DNA of 56,931 bases from positions 1 through 56,931 of IMG/VR virus record IMGVR_UViG_3300011114_000582. One strand, written 5' to 3'. This document shows positions 34,970 through 42,611 of the stretch, piece after piece. Source of the DNA: a virus. Its lineage: Duplodnaviria > Caudoviricetes. The notes under the pieces were generated by a model that saw only the letters and a program-made list of their open reading frames with translations, searched no databases and had not been told where the DNA came from. The stretch's first letter is position 1. Each line of letters opens with the position of its first letter. Both the position numbers and the translations under genes were made by a program.

Positions 34970-36384
34970 TGCAAGTTCACGCCATCTACGGACCCCCCGG
35001 GACTGGCAAGACCACGGAGCTGTTGCGGCGAGTGAAGGAGACTCGCGATTCAGGCATTCAAGCCGAACGAGTCGCTTTCGTCTCTTTCACCCGTGCGGCG
35101 GCATCCGAGGCACTCTCCCGGCTGGGTCTCAAGCGATCGGACAATGTGTCCACCATCCACGCGATGGCTTTTCGTCACATGGGCTTGCGGCAAACGCAAG
35201 TAGTGGACGCGATGAAGCTTCGCGAATTTTCAACAGTAATGGGGATACCGATTATTGGTAAATCCCCGGAAGACGATGAGGAGCGTGCCGATGGAGACTT
35301 CTACCTTGACCTACTCAATTACGCCCGGAACACCTTTTCCAATCCGGCAGAGGTGTACGACATCTCGGACCGGCCGGGTACTCGGGCCGAGTTTAATGCG
35401 TTCGTTCGGGCATACGCTGATTGGAAATCTACGTATGGCTATTACGACTTCACCGATATGCTTGAGCGTGCCGCCACTGGCGCGGTTCGAGCGGACGCCG
35501 AGGTTGTATTTGTCGACGAAGCTCAAGACCTATCACCTCTTCAGTGGGCTGTTATCGAGAAGCTCGTCAGACGTTCTCACGAAGTGCATATCGCAGGGGA
35601 CGACGATCAGGCGATTTATACGTGGGCCGGTGCGGATGTACACGGTATGGCACGATTCACACAAAAGCACAAGGGTGATAGCCATGTGCTCTCGTACTCG
35701 CATCGACTTCCTGCTTCAGTCCACGCACGATCTCAAGACCTCATCCGTCGAGTCGCATTCCGCGTGGATAAGGAGTTTAGTCCCAAAGCAGATTTGGGAT
35801 TGGTCCGATTACACGGGTCGATACACTCCGTGGACATCACGCATGGAGAAGATATACTTCTACTGGGACGGACGCATTCAGTCCTTCGGGAAGTTGAGCA
35901 ATCGCTCATCGAACGTCGGATTCCGTACACACGCGAATCGGGACGCCCTGGACTTTACCAGAATCGTTATGCCGCCGGTCTCCGAGCGTTCCGCAAGATG
36001 GGCCGAGGCGAGCGAATCACCGATGGGGAGCGAAACGCAATATTCACCATTTCCAGTGCTGAGACTCGCAGGCTTCTTGAAGCGGGCGACCTCGCCACTC
36101 TTGGTCGAACCCCATTTTACGTGGCCCTCCAAATCCCCGGCCGAGTCGTGGACTTTTACGCAGACGCTGACCTCGACACTGAGCCGACTATCCGACTCTC
36201 TACGATTCATGCGGCAAAAGGCCATGAAGCGGATCGAGTCATTCTTCTCACCGACATGACCACGCGGGTACAGCAGACCGCCGAGAAGTCACCGGACGAC
36301 GAGGTCCGAGTGTTCTACGTCGGAATGACTCGATCCAAGCGCGTACTAGATATAGTGGAGGGGTACAACGGCTACAAATTGTGA
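34969..36384 (+). CDS. UvrD/Rep-like SF1 helicase
   Basis: GPPGTGKT, SFTRAAA, STIH, VDEAQDL, GDDDQAIY, STIHAAKGHE, YVGMTRSK. Confidence 0.92.
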   Translation: MQVHAIYGPPGTGKTTELLRRVKETRDSGIQAERVAFVSFTRAAASEALSRLGLKRSDNVSTIHAMAFRHMGLRQTQVVDAMKLREFSTVMGIPIIGKSPEDDEERADGDFYLDLLNYARNTFSNPAEVYDISDRPGTRAEFNAFVRAYADWKSTYGYYDFTDMLERAATGAVRADAEVVFVDEAQDLSPLQWAVIEKLVRRSHEVHIAGDDDQAIYTWAGADVHGMARFTQKHKGDSHVLSYSHRLPASVHARSQDLIRRVAFRVDKEFSPKADLGLVRLHGSIHSVDITHGEDILLLGRTHSVLREVEQSLIERRIPYTRESGRPGLYQNRYAAGLRAFRKMGRGERITDGERNAIFTISSAETRRLLEAGDLATLGRTPFYVALQIPGRVVDFYADADLDTEPTIRLSTIHAAKGHEADRVILLTDMTTRVQQTAEKSPDDEVRVFYVGMTRSKRVLDIVEGYNGYKL

Positions 36385-36387
36385 TAG

Positions 36388-36416
36388 TTGACAGACAGTA
36401 TCGTGGGTGGTATAAT
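36388..36416 (+). promoter_or_regulatory. Consensus sigma70 promoter for the polymerase/Z-biosynthesis operon
   Basis: TTGACA-N17-TATAAT with extended TG; ATAGAGGAC RBS downstream. Confidence 0.8.
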
Positions 36417-36453
36417 AGCCACTTCAGTAACCAACAGATAGAGGACATTCAAG

Positions 36454-36717
36454 ATGGCGTACGACAACACTAATTCGGGCATGATGGCTCGAAATGAGAA
36501 TCGCAAGACCGACAAGCACCCGGAATTCTCCGGCTCGATCAACGTAGAGGGTGTGGATTATTGGCTCTCGGCGTGGGTAAACGAGGGCAAGCCCGGCGGG
36601 AAGCTCGAAGGCAAGAAATACTTCTCCATTAAGCTGTCGCGCAAAGAAGGCGGTTCTGCCGCTACTGGCCGTCCAGCCAGCGACTCCAATTTCGTGTCTG
36701 ACGACATCCCGTTCTGA
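36454..36717 (+). CDS. Small OB-fold SSB-like protein
   Basis: KHPEFSGSINVEGVDYWLSAW core and SSB-type DDIPF tail. Confidence 0.65.
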   Translation: MAYDNTNSGMMARNENRKTDKHPEFSGSINVEGVDYWLSAWVNEGKPGGKLEGKKYFSIKLSRKEGGSAATGRPASDSNFVSDDIPF

Positions 36718-38552
36718 TGACCGAATTCCCACGCATTGACCACGCTCCGGTGGTGGTCATCGACACCGAGACCACGGGGCTGAAGTGGTGGGCCGACAAG
36801 CTGTTCGGCATTTCCATCGCGCTCCCCGGGTTCTCGGGGTACTGGGACGTCCGGTCCGATCCTTACGTGATCACGTGGCTCAACGACCTAATCGCCGAGA
36901 AACGTGTCGATCTGTGGGTCGGCCATAACCTCAAATTCGACCTCCACTTCCTGCGGGAAGCTGGTGTGGCGATTCCGCTGGACCGAATCGACTGCACGAT
37001 GACCCGTGCCGCCCTGATCTCGGAGCACGAACCCACGTACGCACTCGACTTCCTCGCCCGCAAATACTGCGGGATGAAGAAGGACGACGAGATCTACGAG
37101 GAGATGTCGCGCATCTTCGGTGGCCGCCCGACTCGCAACGCGCAGATGCCGAACATTTCACGCGCTCCGATCAGCATTGTGTCCAAGTACGCGATCCAAG
37201 ACGCCGTGGTGACGCTGGCACTGTACAACTGGCAAGAGGAGCAGATGCGGACGCAGAATCTCGCGCAGGTTCACAAGCTCGAGCGCGACCTAATGCCCGT
37301 GATTATGGATATGGAAGAGCAGGGTGTGCGGGTGGACGTTGGGCTGGCTGAGAAGGCCGTCCGTGACCTCACCGTGCGCGTTGACAATATGCAGAGGGAT
37401 CTGAATAGCTTGGCCGGTTTCGAGGTCAACCCGAACCCTTCCGGATCGATCGCCGATCTGTTCAAGCCCAAGCTCGGGGACGATAATGAGTGGTATCTCA
37501 TCGACGGCACGAAAGCGGACAAGACCGACGGCGGCAAGGCCTCGATCAACGCCGACTGCTTGCGACGCATGAAGCACCCCGCCGCGAAGATGATTCTCGA
37601 CTTGCGCAAAATGCTCAAGACTCGCGACACTTTCCTTTCGGGCCACATTCTCGGACATGAACACGATGGCATCATTCATTGCAACTATAACCAGACTAAG
37701 AATGACAGTGAAGCGGGTACAGGCACTGGACGGCTCAGTGTTACAAATCCGGCTCTACAACAAATACCTTCGCGGGACACTGCTATTAAGGCGTTGGTCC
37801 GGCCGATTTTCAAGTCGGATTTTGGAGCTAAATGGCTGGGTCTGGACTGGTCCCAATTCGAGTTTCGGGTCGCTAACCATTACGGTCAAGTTCCCGCGAT
37901 CTTGGAGGCGTACAAGGCGAACCCGCAACTAGACTTCCACCAATTGGTGTCGGACATGACCGGGATCCCCCGCAACGCCCAGTACGCCGGTGGCCCGTCC
38001 TCCAAGGCGATTAACCTCGGACTCGCGTTTAACATGGGATCCGGCCGACTGGCACAGGAGTGCGGATTGCCCTACACCGAGGAGGTGGGACCCAGTGGCA
38101 ACGTGTTCCTGAAGGCGGGACCCGAGGCGATGGCACTGTTCGAGAAGTACCACGCCGCGAACCCCGGGATGCGCAACACCGCGCAGAAGGCGAGTAACAT
38201 CGCGAAGGAGCGTGGCTCAGTGCACTCGGTGATGGGACGCCGCTTGCGCTTTCCCGGTGGACAATTCGTGCACAAGGCGTCGGGGCTGATCTACCAAGCC
38301 ACCAGCGCGGACTGCATGAAGCAAAAGCTCATCGAACTGCACAAGTACTTAACCGCCGAAGGCTGTGGGCGACTACTGCTGACGGTACACGACGAGGTGG
38401 GTATATCGCTCGATAATGACTCACTCGACAAAGCGCATGAGGTAGCACGAATCTACACGACCTTTGATGGTGTAGAATGCCCCATTCATCTACGTGTTCC
38501 AATCACGTGCGACTGGGGTGTAGGCGAAGACTGGTACGAAGCGAAAGGATAG
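36717..38552 (+). CDS. dpoZ: Family A DNA polymerase with 3'-5' exonuclease, DpoZ type
   Basis: DTETTG and HNLKFD exo motifs; TGRLS, LDWSQFEFR (A), KAINLGLAFNMG (B), TVHDE (C); immediately upstream of purZ. Confidence 0.8.
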   Translation: MTEFPRIDHAPVVVIDTETTGLKWWADKLFGISIALPGFSGYWDVRSDPYVITWLNDLIAEKRVDLWVGHNLKFDLHFLREAGVAIPLDRIDCTMTRAALISEHEPTYALDFLARKYCGMKKDDEIYEEMSRIFGGRPTRNAQMPNISRAPISIVSKYAIQDAVVTLALYNWQEEQMRTQNLAQVHKLERDLMPVIMDMEEQGVRVDVGLAEKAVRDLTVRVDNMQRDLNSLAGFEVNPNPSGSIADLFKPKLGDDNEWYLIDGTKADKTDGGKASINADCLRRMKHPAAKMILDLRKMLKTRDTFLSGHILGHEHDGIIHCNYNQTKNDSEAGTGTGRLSVTNPALQQIPSRDTAIKALVRPIFKSDFGAKWLGLDWSQFEFRVANHYGQVPAILEAYKANPQLDFHQLVSDMTGIPRNAQYAGGPSSKAINLGLAFNMGSGRLAQECGLPYTEEVGPSGNVFLKAGPEAMALFEKYHAANPGMRNTAQKASNIAKERGSVHSVMGRRLRFPGGQFVHKASGLIYQATSADCMKQKLIELHKYLTAEGCGRLLLTVHDEVGISLDNDSLDKAHEVARIYTTFDGVECPIHLRVPITCDWGVGEDWYEAKG

Positions 38553-38557
38553 AGGTA

Positions 38558-39685
38558 ATGGACAATATTAGAATCGTAGTCGATCTGCAATACGGGAGCA
38601 CCGGCAAGGGGCTGATCGTGGGCAAGATCGCGGAGGACGTGGCACCCGACACGGTGATCACCGCGTGGGCACCCAATGCGGGGCACACGTACATCGCCAA
38701 AGACGGACGCAAGTTCATCCACACACACCTTGCCAATGGCATCGTGTCGCCCGGTCTCCGTCGAGTGCTACTCGGCCCCGGCTCGTTGATTAACCCTCAG
38801 CAACTGCTGGCCGAGATCGCCGCGTGCTCCGATTTACTCGAGGACGTGCAGATTCTCATCCACCCGCACGCCGCCGTAGTGACAGACCGTCACATCGAGG
38901 AGGAAGCCGGGCCGATGACCAAGATCGGTTCGACTAAAAAAGGCGTGGGTGCCGCAATGTGCCAGCGCATTCGACGCGATCCGGATGACCTGAATATCGC
39001 CGCCGATTGTGAGGAACTGTCGAAATATGTGGTCACTGTAGCCGCCTATCGCACCGCACTGCGCGACGCCAAAACCGTGCTGGTCGAAGGCGCACAGGGC
39101 TACGGGCTGTCGATGTACCACGGCTTTTACCCCTACACTACCTCGCGCGACGTGAGCCTGTGGCAGATCCTTGCCGATTGCGGTATCCCGTACGACTTGC
39201 TCCCACATATCATGGGCGAGCTGGCGATCAACGTGGTCGGCACGTGCCGTACCTACCCAATCCGAGTGGCGAACCGATTCGACACGCACGGCACACAAGT
39301 CGGGTACTCCGGCCCGTGCTACGGCGACCAAATCGAGATCTCGTTCGAGGAGATCGGGCAGAAGACCGAGCTGACCACTGTCACCAAGCTCCCACGCCGC
39401 ATCTTTACGTTTAGCCGCCAGCAGATCGCGGAGGCGATCGAGTACAATGGTGCTCGCGAGATCTTCCTGAACTTCGTTAATTACTGCCGGAGCGAAGAAG
39501 AGGTGCGCGACATCGTAGAATCAATCGAACGCACGCCGGAGACGGTGGTCAGGTGGATCGGACTGGGACCCGAGTACAAAGACGTGTATTCAATGCCACA
39601 GTACGGTGCCGAGGCGCGAATTGCGCGAATTCTTGAACTTTGGAGAGCTTATGCTACAGGTAGAATCAACAGTACACACGGATGA
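38558..39685 (+). CDS. purZ: PurZ, N6-succino-2-amino-2'-deoxyadenylate synthase (PurA paralogue)
   Basis: DLQYGSTGKG (Ser where PurA has catalytic Asp in GDEGKG), NAGHT, IGSTKKGVG, EGAQG, YPYTTSR, TTVTKLPRR, FLNFVNY. Confidence 0.92.
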   Translation: MDNIRIVVDLQYGSTGKGLIVGKIAEDVAPDTVITAWAPNAGHTYIAKDGRKFIHTHLANGIVSPGLRRVLLGPGSLINPQQLLAEIAACSDLLEDVQILIHPHAAVVTDRHIEEEAGPMTKIGSTKKGVGAAMCQRIRRDPDDLNIAADCEELSKYVVTVAAYRTALRDAKTVLVEGAQGYGLSMYHGFYPYTTSRDVSLWQILADCGIPYDLLPHIMGELAINVVGTCRTYPIRVANRFDTHGTQVGYSGPCYGDQIEISFEEIGQKTELTTVTKLPRRIFTFSRQQIAEAIEYNGAREIFLNFVNYCRSEEEVRDIVESIERTPETVVRWIGLGPEYKDVYSMPQYGAEARIARILELWRAYATGRINSTHG

Positions 39686-40154
39686 AGCCAATGAACTTCC
39701 ATGGGCGATTCATCCCGAACGGGCGGCAGAAATTGTCGATGCGCAAGGCGCAACCGTCGCGTCTTTCGAAGTCCGTCACCACTTGCGTGGTGTTATGGGG
39801 AACTGCGATAAAAATGCCGACCTTGCGGTCCGTGCGGTCAACGCGTATAAAAAGCGTGGTGGCGCAGATATCCGACAACTTCAGGATCGAATTACCAAGT
39901 GGGCTGACGCGAACTTTCCGGCGCGTACCACTGCGGACATCCTCCTCAAGCTCTACGAGGAGGTGGGCGAGTACGCTCGTAACCCAAAAGCCGCTCTCGA
40001 AATGGGTGACATCATGATCCTCTTGCTCGACGTCGCACACAAAAACGGTATAGACGTACATAGGGCAGTGGAGGAGAAGATGGACATCAACGAGACCCGC
40101 ACGTGGGCGGTGGATAGTCACACGAGGATCATGCGCCATGTCGAAACGGAATGA
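39651..40154 (+). CDS. mazZ: MazZ (MazG-like dGTP diphosphohydrolase) with an extra N-terminal domain
   Basis: LQDRITKWAD...LKLYEEVGE...LEMGDIMILLLD...EKMDINETRTW; adjacent to purZ. Confidence 0.8.
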   Translation: MLQVESTVHTDEANELPWAIHPERAAEIVDAQGATVASFEVRHHLRGVMGNCDKNADLAVRAVNAYKKRGGADIRQLQDRITKWADANFPARTTADILLKLYEEVGEYARNPKAALEMGDIMILLLDVAHKNGIDVHRAVEEKMDINETRTWAVDSHTRIMRHVETE

Positions 40155-40353
40155 CGAATTTAACAAGTGGTACGAGCAGACCTTCGGTGGTGTGCTCGGG
40201 TCCGAGGACGACGAGAATCGGGAAGCGGTGAAGAAGATCTGGAATGGCGCACTGGAGCACATCGCTCGCCGGTACGAATTTCAGCTCTTCGACGAACTGT
40301 CGGGCGACCAGATTGCGGACCAGATCCGCCGACTGCAGGCGGTGAAATCATGA
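40138..40353 (+). CDS. Hypothetical protein
   Basis: 71-aa ORF, coupled. Confidence 0.65.
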   Translation: MSKRNDEFNKWYEQTFGGVLGSEDDENREAVKKIWNGALEHIARRYEFQLFDELSGDQIADQIRRLQAVKS

Positions 40354-40646
40354 ACACTGAGCATATCGAACATATGTGGAAGGTGGCGAGCAATGATCCG
40401 AATCATGACACGAATTGGCATGACCCAGTTGTCGTAGCTTTCGCTAACTTGGTTGCAAAACACACACTTGCAAACATTGACCCAAGCAGTTTTATGTCAT
40501 GGCAAGAGGGGTACGAGGCAGGTAAGCAGACTGAGCGTGAGGCGTGTGCAAAGGTATGTGATGAATACGATGTAGCAGAGGATGTGAATTCCTGCGACAC
40601 GGCTGAAGGAATTGCCATTGCCATCCGAGCAAGGGGACAAGCATGA
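40350..40646 (+). CDS. Hypothetical protein (EREACAK...AIRARG family)
   Basis: ATGA-coupled ORF ending AIRARGQA. Confidence 0.65.
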   Translation: MNTEHIEHMWKVASNDPNHDTNWHDPVVVAFANLVAKHTLANIDPSSFMSWQEGYEAGKQTEREACAKVCDEYDVAEDVNSCDTAEGIAIAIRARGQA

Positions 40647-40849
40647 ACACACAACCCGAAGCCCTGAGGTTTGCAAATGCATTGGATGTAATGGCGCGTG
40701 GACTTATTGGAACGGCGAATCATATAGAAGCCGCTTCAGAACTGCGCCGCCTGTTTCAGTTGGCACACGATCAGCACACGGAGATTTATGGTTTGAAACT
40801 TGAAGTGGAAAACCTGCGCGCCGCCATCCGAGCAAGGGGGCAAGCATGA
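40620..40849 (+). repeat. Direct repeat GCCATCCGAGCAAGGGG(A/G)CAAGCATGA at 40620-40646 and 40823-40849
   Basis: 27-nt near-identical repeat forming the 3' ends of two consecutive ORFs. Confidence 0.8.
40643..40849 (+). CDS. Hypothetical protein
   Basis: QPEALRFANAL...AASELRRL, ends AIRARGQA. Confidence 0.65.
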   Translation: MNTQPEALRFANALDVMARGLIGTANHIEAASELRRLFQLAHDQHTEIYGLKLEVENLRAAIRARGQA

Positions 40850-40941
40850 CTTGGCCCTTCCCACCCTTCCCGAATCCGAAGCACAAAGATGTGCGCAAGC
40901 CTAAATTTAACCCCGAGAATTACGAGGACGCACCCATATGA
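40846..40941 (+). CDS. Tiny Pro-rich hypothetical protein (31 aa)
   Basis: MTWPFPPFPNPKHK...; ATGA overlaps at both ends. Confidence 0.5.
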   Translation: MTWPFPPFPNPKHKDVRKPKFNPENYEDAPI

Positions 40942-41501
40942 GTTTAACAGTATACGAACAACTTCGCGCATGCCACGTTAGACGCTGGCACATCGTGCAG
41001 ACGTCGCGAGAGCAGACGCTGGCCGAGCATTCTTTCGCAGTCGCGGTGATAGCGGGGTCCCTTGCGGCGGCTATGCGCTGGAACGGACTCTTGCAGGAGT
41101 CGGGCAAGCTCAAGCTCTTGCAGTGGGCACTCGCGCACGACATCATCGAGGTGCGCACCGGGGATATGCCGACGCCGTTCAAGCGAGACCTAGAAGCCGT
41201 AGGGGGTAAGGGTATCGTGGAAAAGGCCGAGGACCGAGTGGACGCCGACACGATGGCCGCTTACCGTCAGGTGCGCGGGACCGAAGTCGAGACGATCGTC
41301 AAGCTCGCGGACCAGATCGAGGCGATCTTTTTCCTGCAGGACAACGGAGTCGGGGCACACGCCAAGCAAGTGCTCGATGGCCTTCGTGCGATCCTGTCCG
41401 ACATGGTGAACGAGGCCGAACGCCAGTTCCCCAAGCTGTCGCCCCGCGAGTCGGTGCGCCGCGTTTGCAACGATATAGGCATTACAGGGGGATGGTTATG
41501 A
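40938..41501 (+). CDS. datZ: DatZ, HD-domain dATP triphosphohydrolase
   Basis: YEQLRACHVRRWHIVQT...LAEH...ALAHD..E.RTGD.PTP...KLAD..EA..FL..NG.GAHA; in the purZ cluster. Confidence 0.85.
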   Translation: MSLTVYEQLRACHVRRWHIVQTSREQTLAEHSFAVAVIAGSLAAAMRWNGLLQESGKLKLLQWALAHDIIEVRTGDMPTPFKRDLEAVGGKGIVEKAEDRVDADTMAAYRQVRGTEVETIVKLADQIEAIFFLQDNGVGAHAKQVLDGLRAILSDMVNEAERQFPKLSPRESVRRVCNDIGITGGWL

Positions 41502-41740
41502 ACTGCATCAAGTGCGGCGAGGACACCCGAGTCACGACCACGTACCAAAACGCCAATGGCATCACCCGCCGTCGCCGGATTTGTAACCACTGCGAATTTC
41601 GCTTCACCACCCGCGAAAAGGCCGACGAGCGCGATATAGAGCGTGCCGAACTGCCCGAGCCGCCGAAGGACAAGAAAAAGAAGGGGGTTGACAACCTATC
41701 GCAGGTGTGGTATAATTCGTCCCCTACCAATAAACCATAG
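41498..41740 (+). CDS. NrdR-like N-terminal zinc ribbon protein (no ATP cone)
   Basis: MNCIKC...TRV...RRRRICNHCEFRFTTRE. Confidence 0.75.
   Translation: MNCIKCGEDTRVTTTYQNANGITRRRRICNHCEFRFTTREKADERDIERAELPEPPKDKKKKGVDNLSQVWYNSSPTNKP
41688..41716 (+). promoter_or_regulatory. Consensus promoter for the HDAC-like gene
   Basis: TTGACA-N17-TATAAT; spacer holds CAGGTG (reverse of the CACCTG box). Confidence 0.8.
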
Positions 41741-41753
41741 AGGACACCACACG

Positions 41754-42611
41754 ATGACGATTCGCACCCCCGTATTCTACCACCCGGCCCAAGAGGTCTC
41801 CTACGACTTTATCTCGGTGAGCAAGATCCCCAAGTTCATCGCCCAGTCGGGTGCGGAGGTGCGTTCCGACTTCGGTCCCTACACGACGGCTGACTTGGAG
41901 GAGGCCCACAGCCGTGAGTATGTCCATGGGGTCCTCGACCATACCACTCCGAACGGCTTCGGCACGATCGACCCCGAGCTTACTAACTCGCTCCTGTACT
42001 CGAACGCCGGCCACTGGACGGCGGCTCGCCACGTGCTCCAGCACGGCGGTGTCGCGTGCTCCGCGACGCAGGGCTTCCACCACGCGCACTTCGAGGACGG
42101 CTACGGCTACTGCACGTTCAACGGCCTGATGATCACCGCGATGAAGGCACTGCGCAACGGCGCGAAGAACGTGCTGATTATCGACGGCGATGGACACCAC
42201 GGCGATGGCACCGAGGACGTGATGGACCACCTGATGATCCGGGGCCGCGTGGTGCACATCACTCGCCCCGACATAGGACGCCCTATCCACTCGCAGTGGA
42301 ATGCCAAGATGTGGCAGTCGTTTGCTAAGGGATTGATTCGAGACTCGAAGGCGGGTATAATTCTGTATCAGGCCGGTGCTGACGCTTGGGACCGCGATCC
42401 CTATGGCGTCGGATACCTGTCCAAGGAGGGTCTTGCGGCCCGCGATCGTGGCATCTTCACCGCCGCACGCGACGCCGGGGTCCCATTAGTCTGGAATCTG
42501 GCCGGTGGATACGCGAAGAAGATGCAAGACACGATCGACATCCACCTGCAAACGCTGGCAATCAGCGACGAGGTCTACCATGCCACTGCCGAATCAACTG
42601 TCGTTCGCTGA
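41754..42611 (+). CDS. Zn-dependent histone deacetylase (HDAC/AcuC/APAH) family protein
   Basis: GFHHA, GYCTFN, IIDGDGHHGDGT, YQAGAD..D, LAGGY all present; ATAGAGGAC RBS. Confidence 0.9.
   Translation: MTIRTPVFYHPAQEVSYDFISVSKIPKFIAQSGAEVRSDFGPYTTADLEEAHSREYVHGVLDHTTPNGFGTIDPELTNSLLYSNAGHWTAARHVLQHGGVACSATQGFHHAHFEDGYGYCTFNGLMITAMKALRNGAKNVLIIDGDGHHGDGTEDVMDHLMIRGRVVHITRPDIGRPIHSQWNAKMWQSFAKGLIRDSKAGIILYQAGADAWDRDPYGVGYLSKEGLAARDRGIFTAARDAGVPLVWNLAGGYAKKMQDTIDIHLQTLAISDEVYHATAESTVVR
42333..42361 (+). promoter_or_regulatory. Possible internal promoter for the downstream 423-aa gene
   Basis: TTGATT-N17-TATAAT inside the HDAC gene. Confidence 0.35.

Noticed and set aside
35255-36259. 334-aa alternative-frame + ORF inside the UvrD gene
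   Set aside because: Ser/Arg/Pro-rich off-frame composition and no recognisable domain; overprinting unsupported, though not formally excluded.
38558-39685. Canonical adenylosuccinate synthetase purA as a metabolic auxiliary gene
   Set aside because: Ser replaces the catalytic Asp and the mazZ/datZ/polA context points to PurZ.
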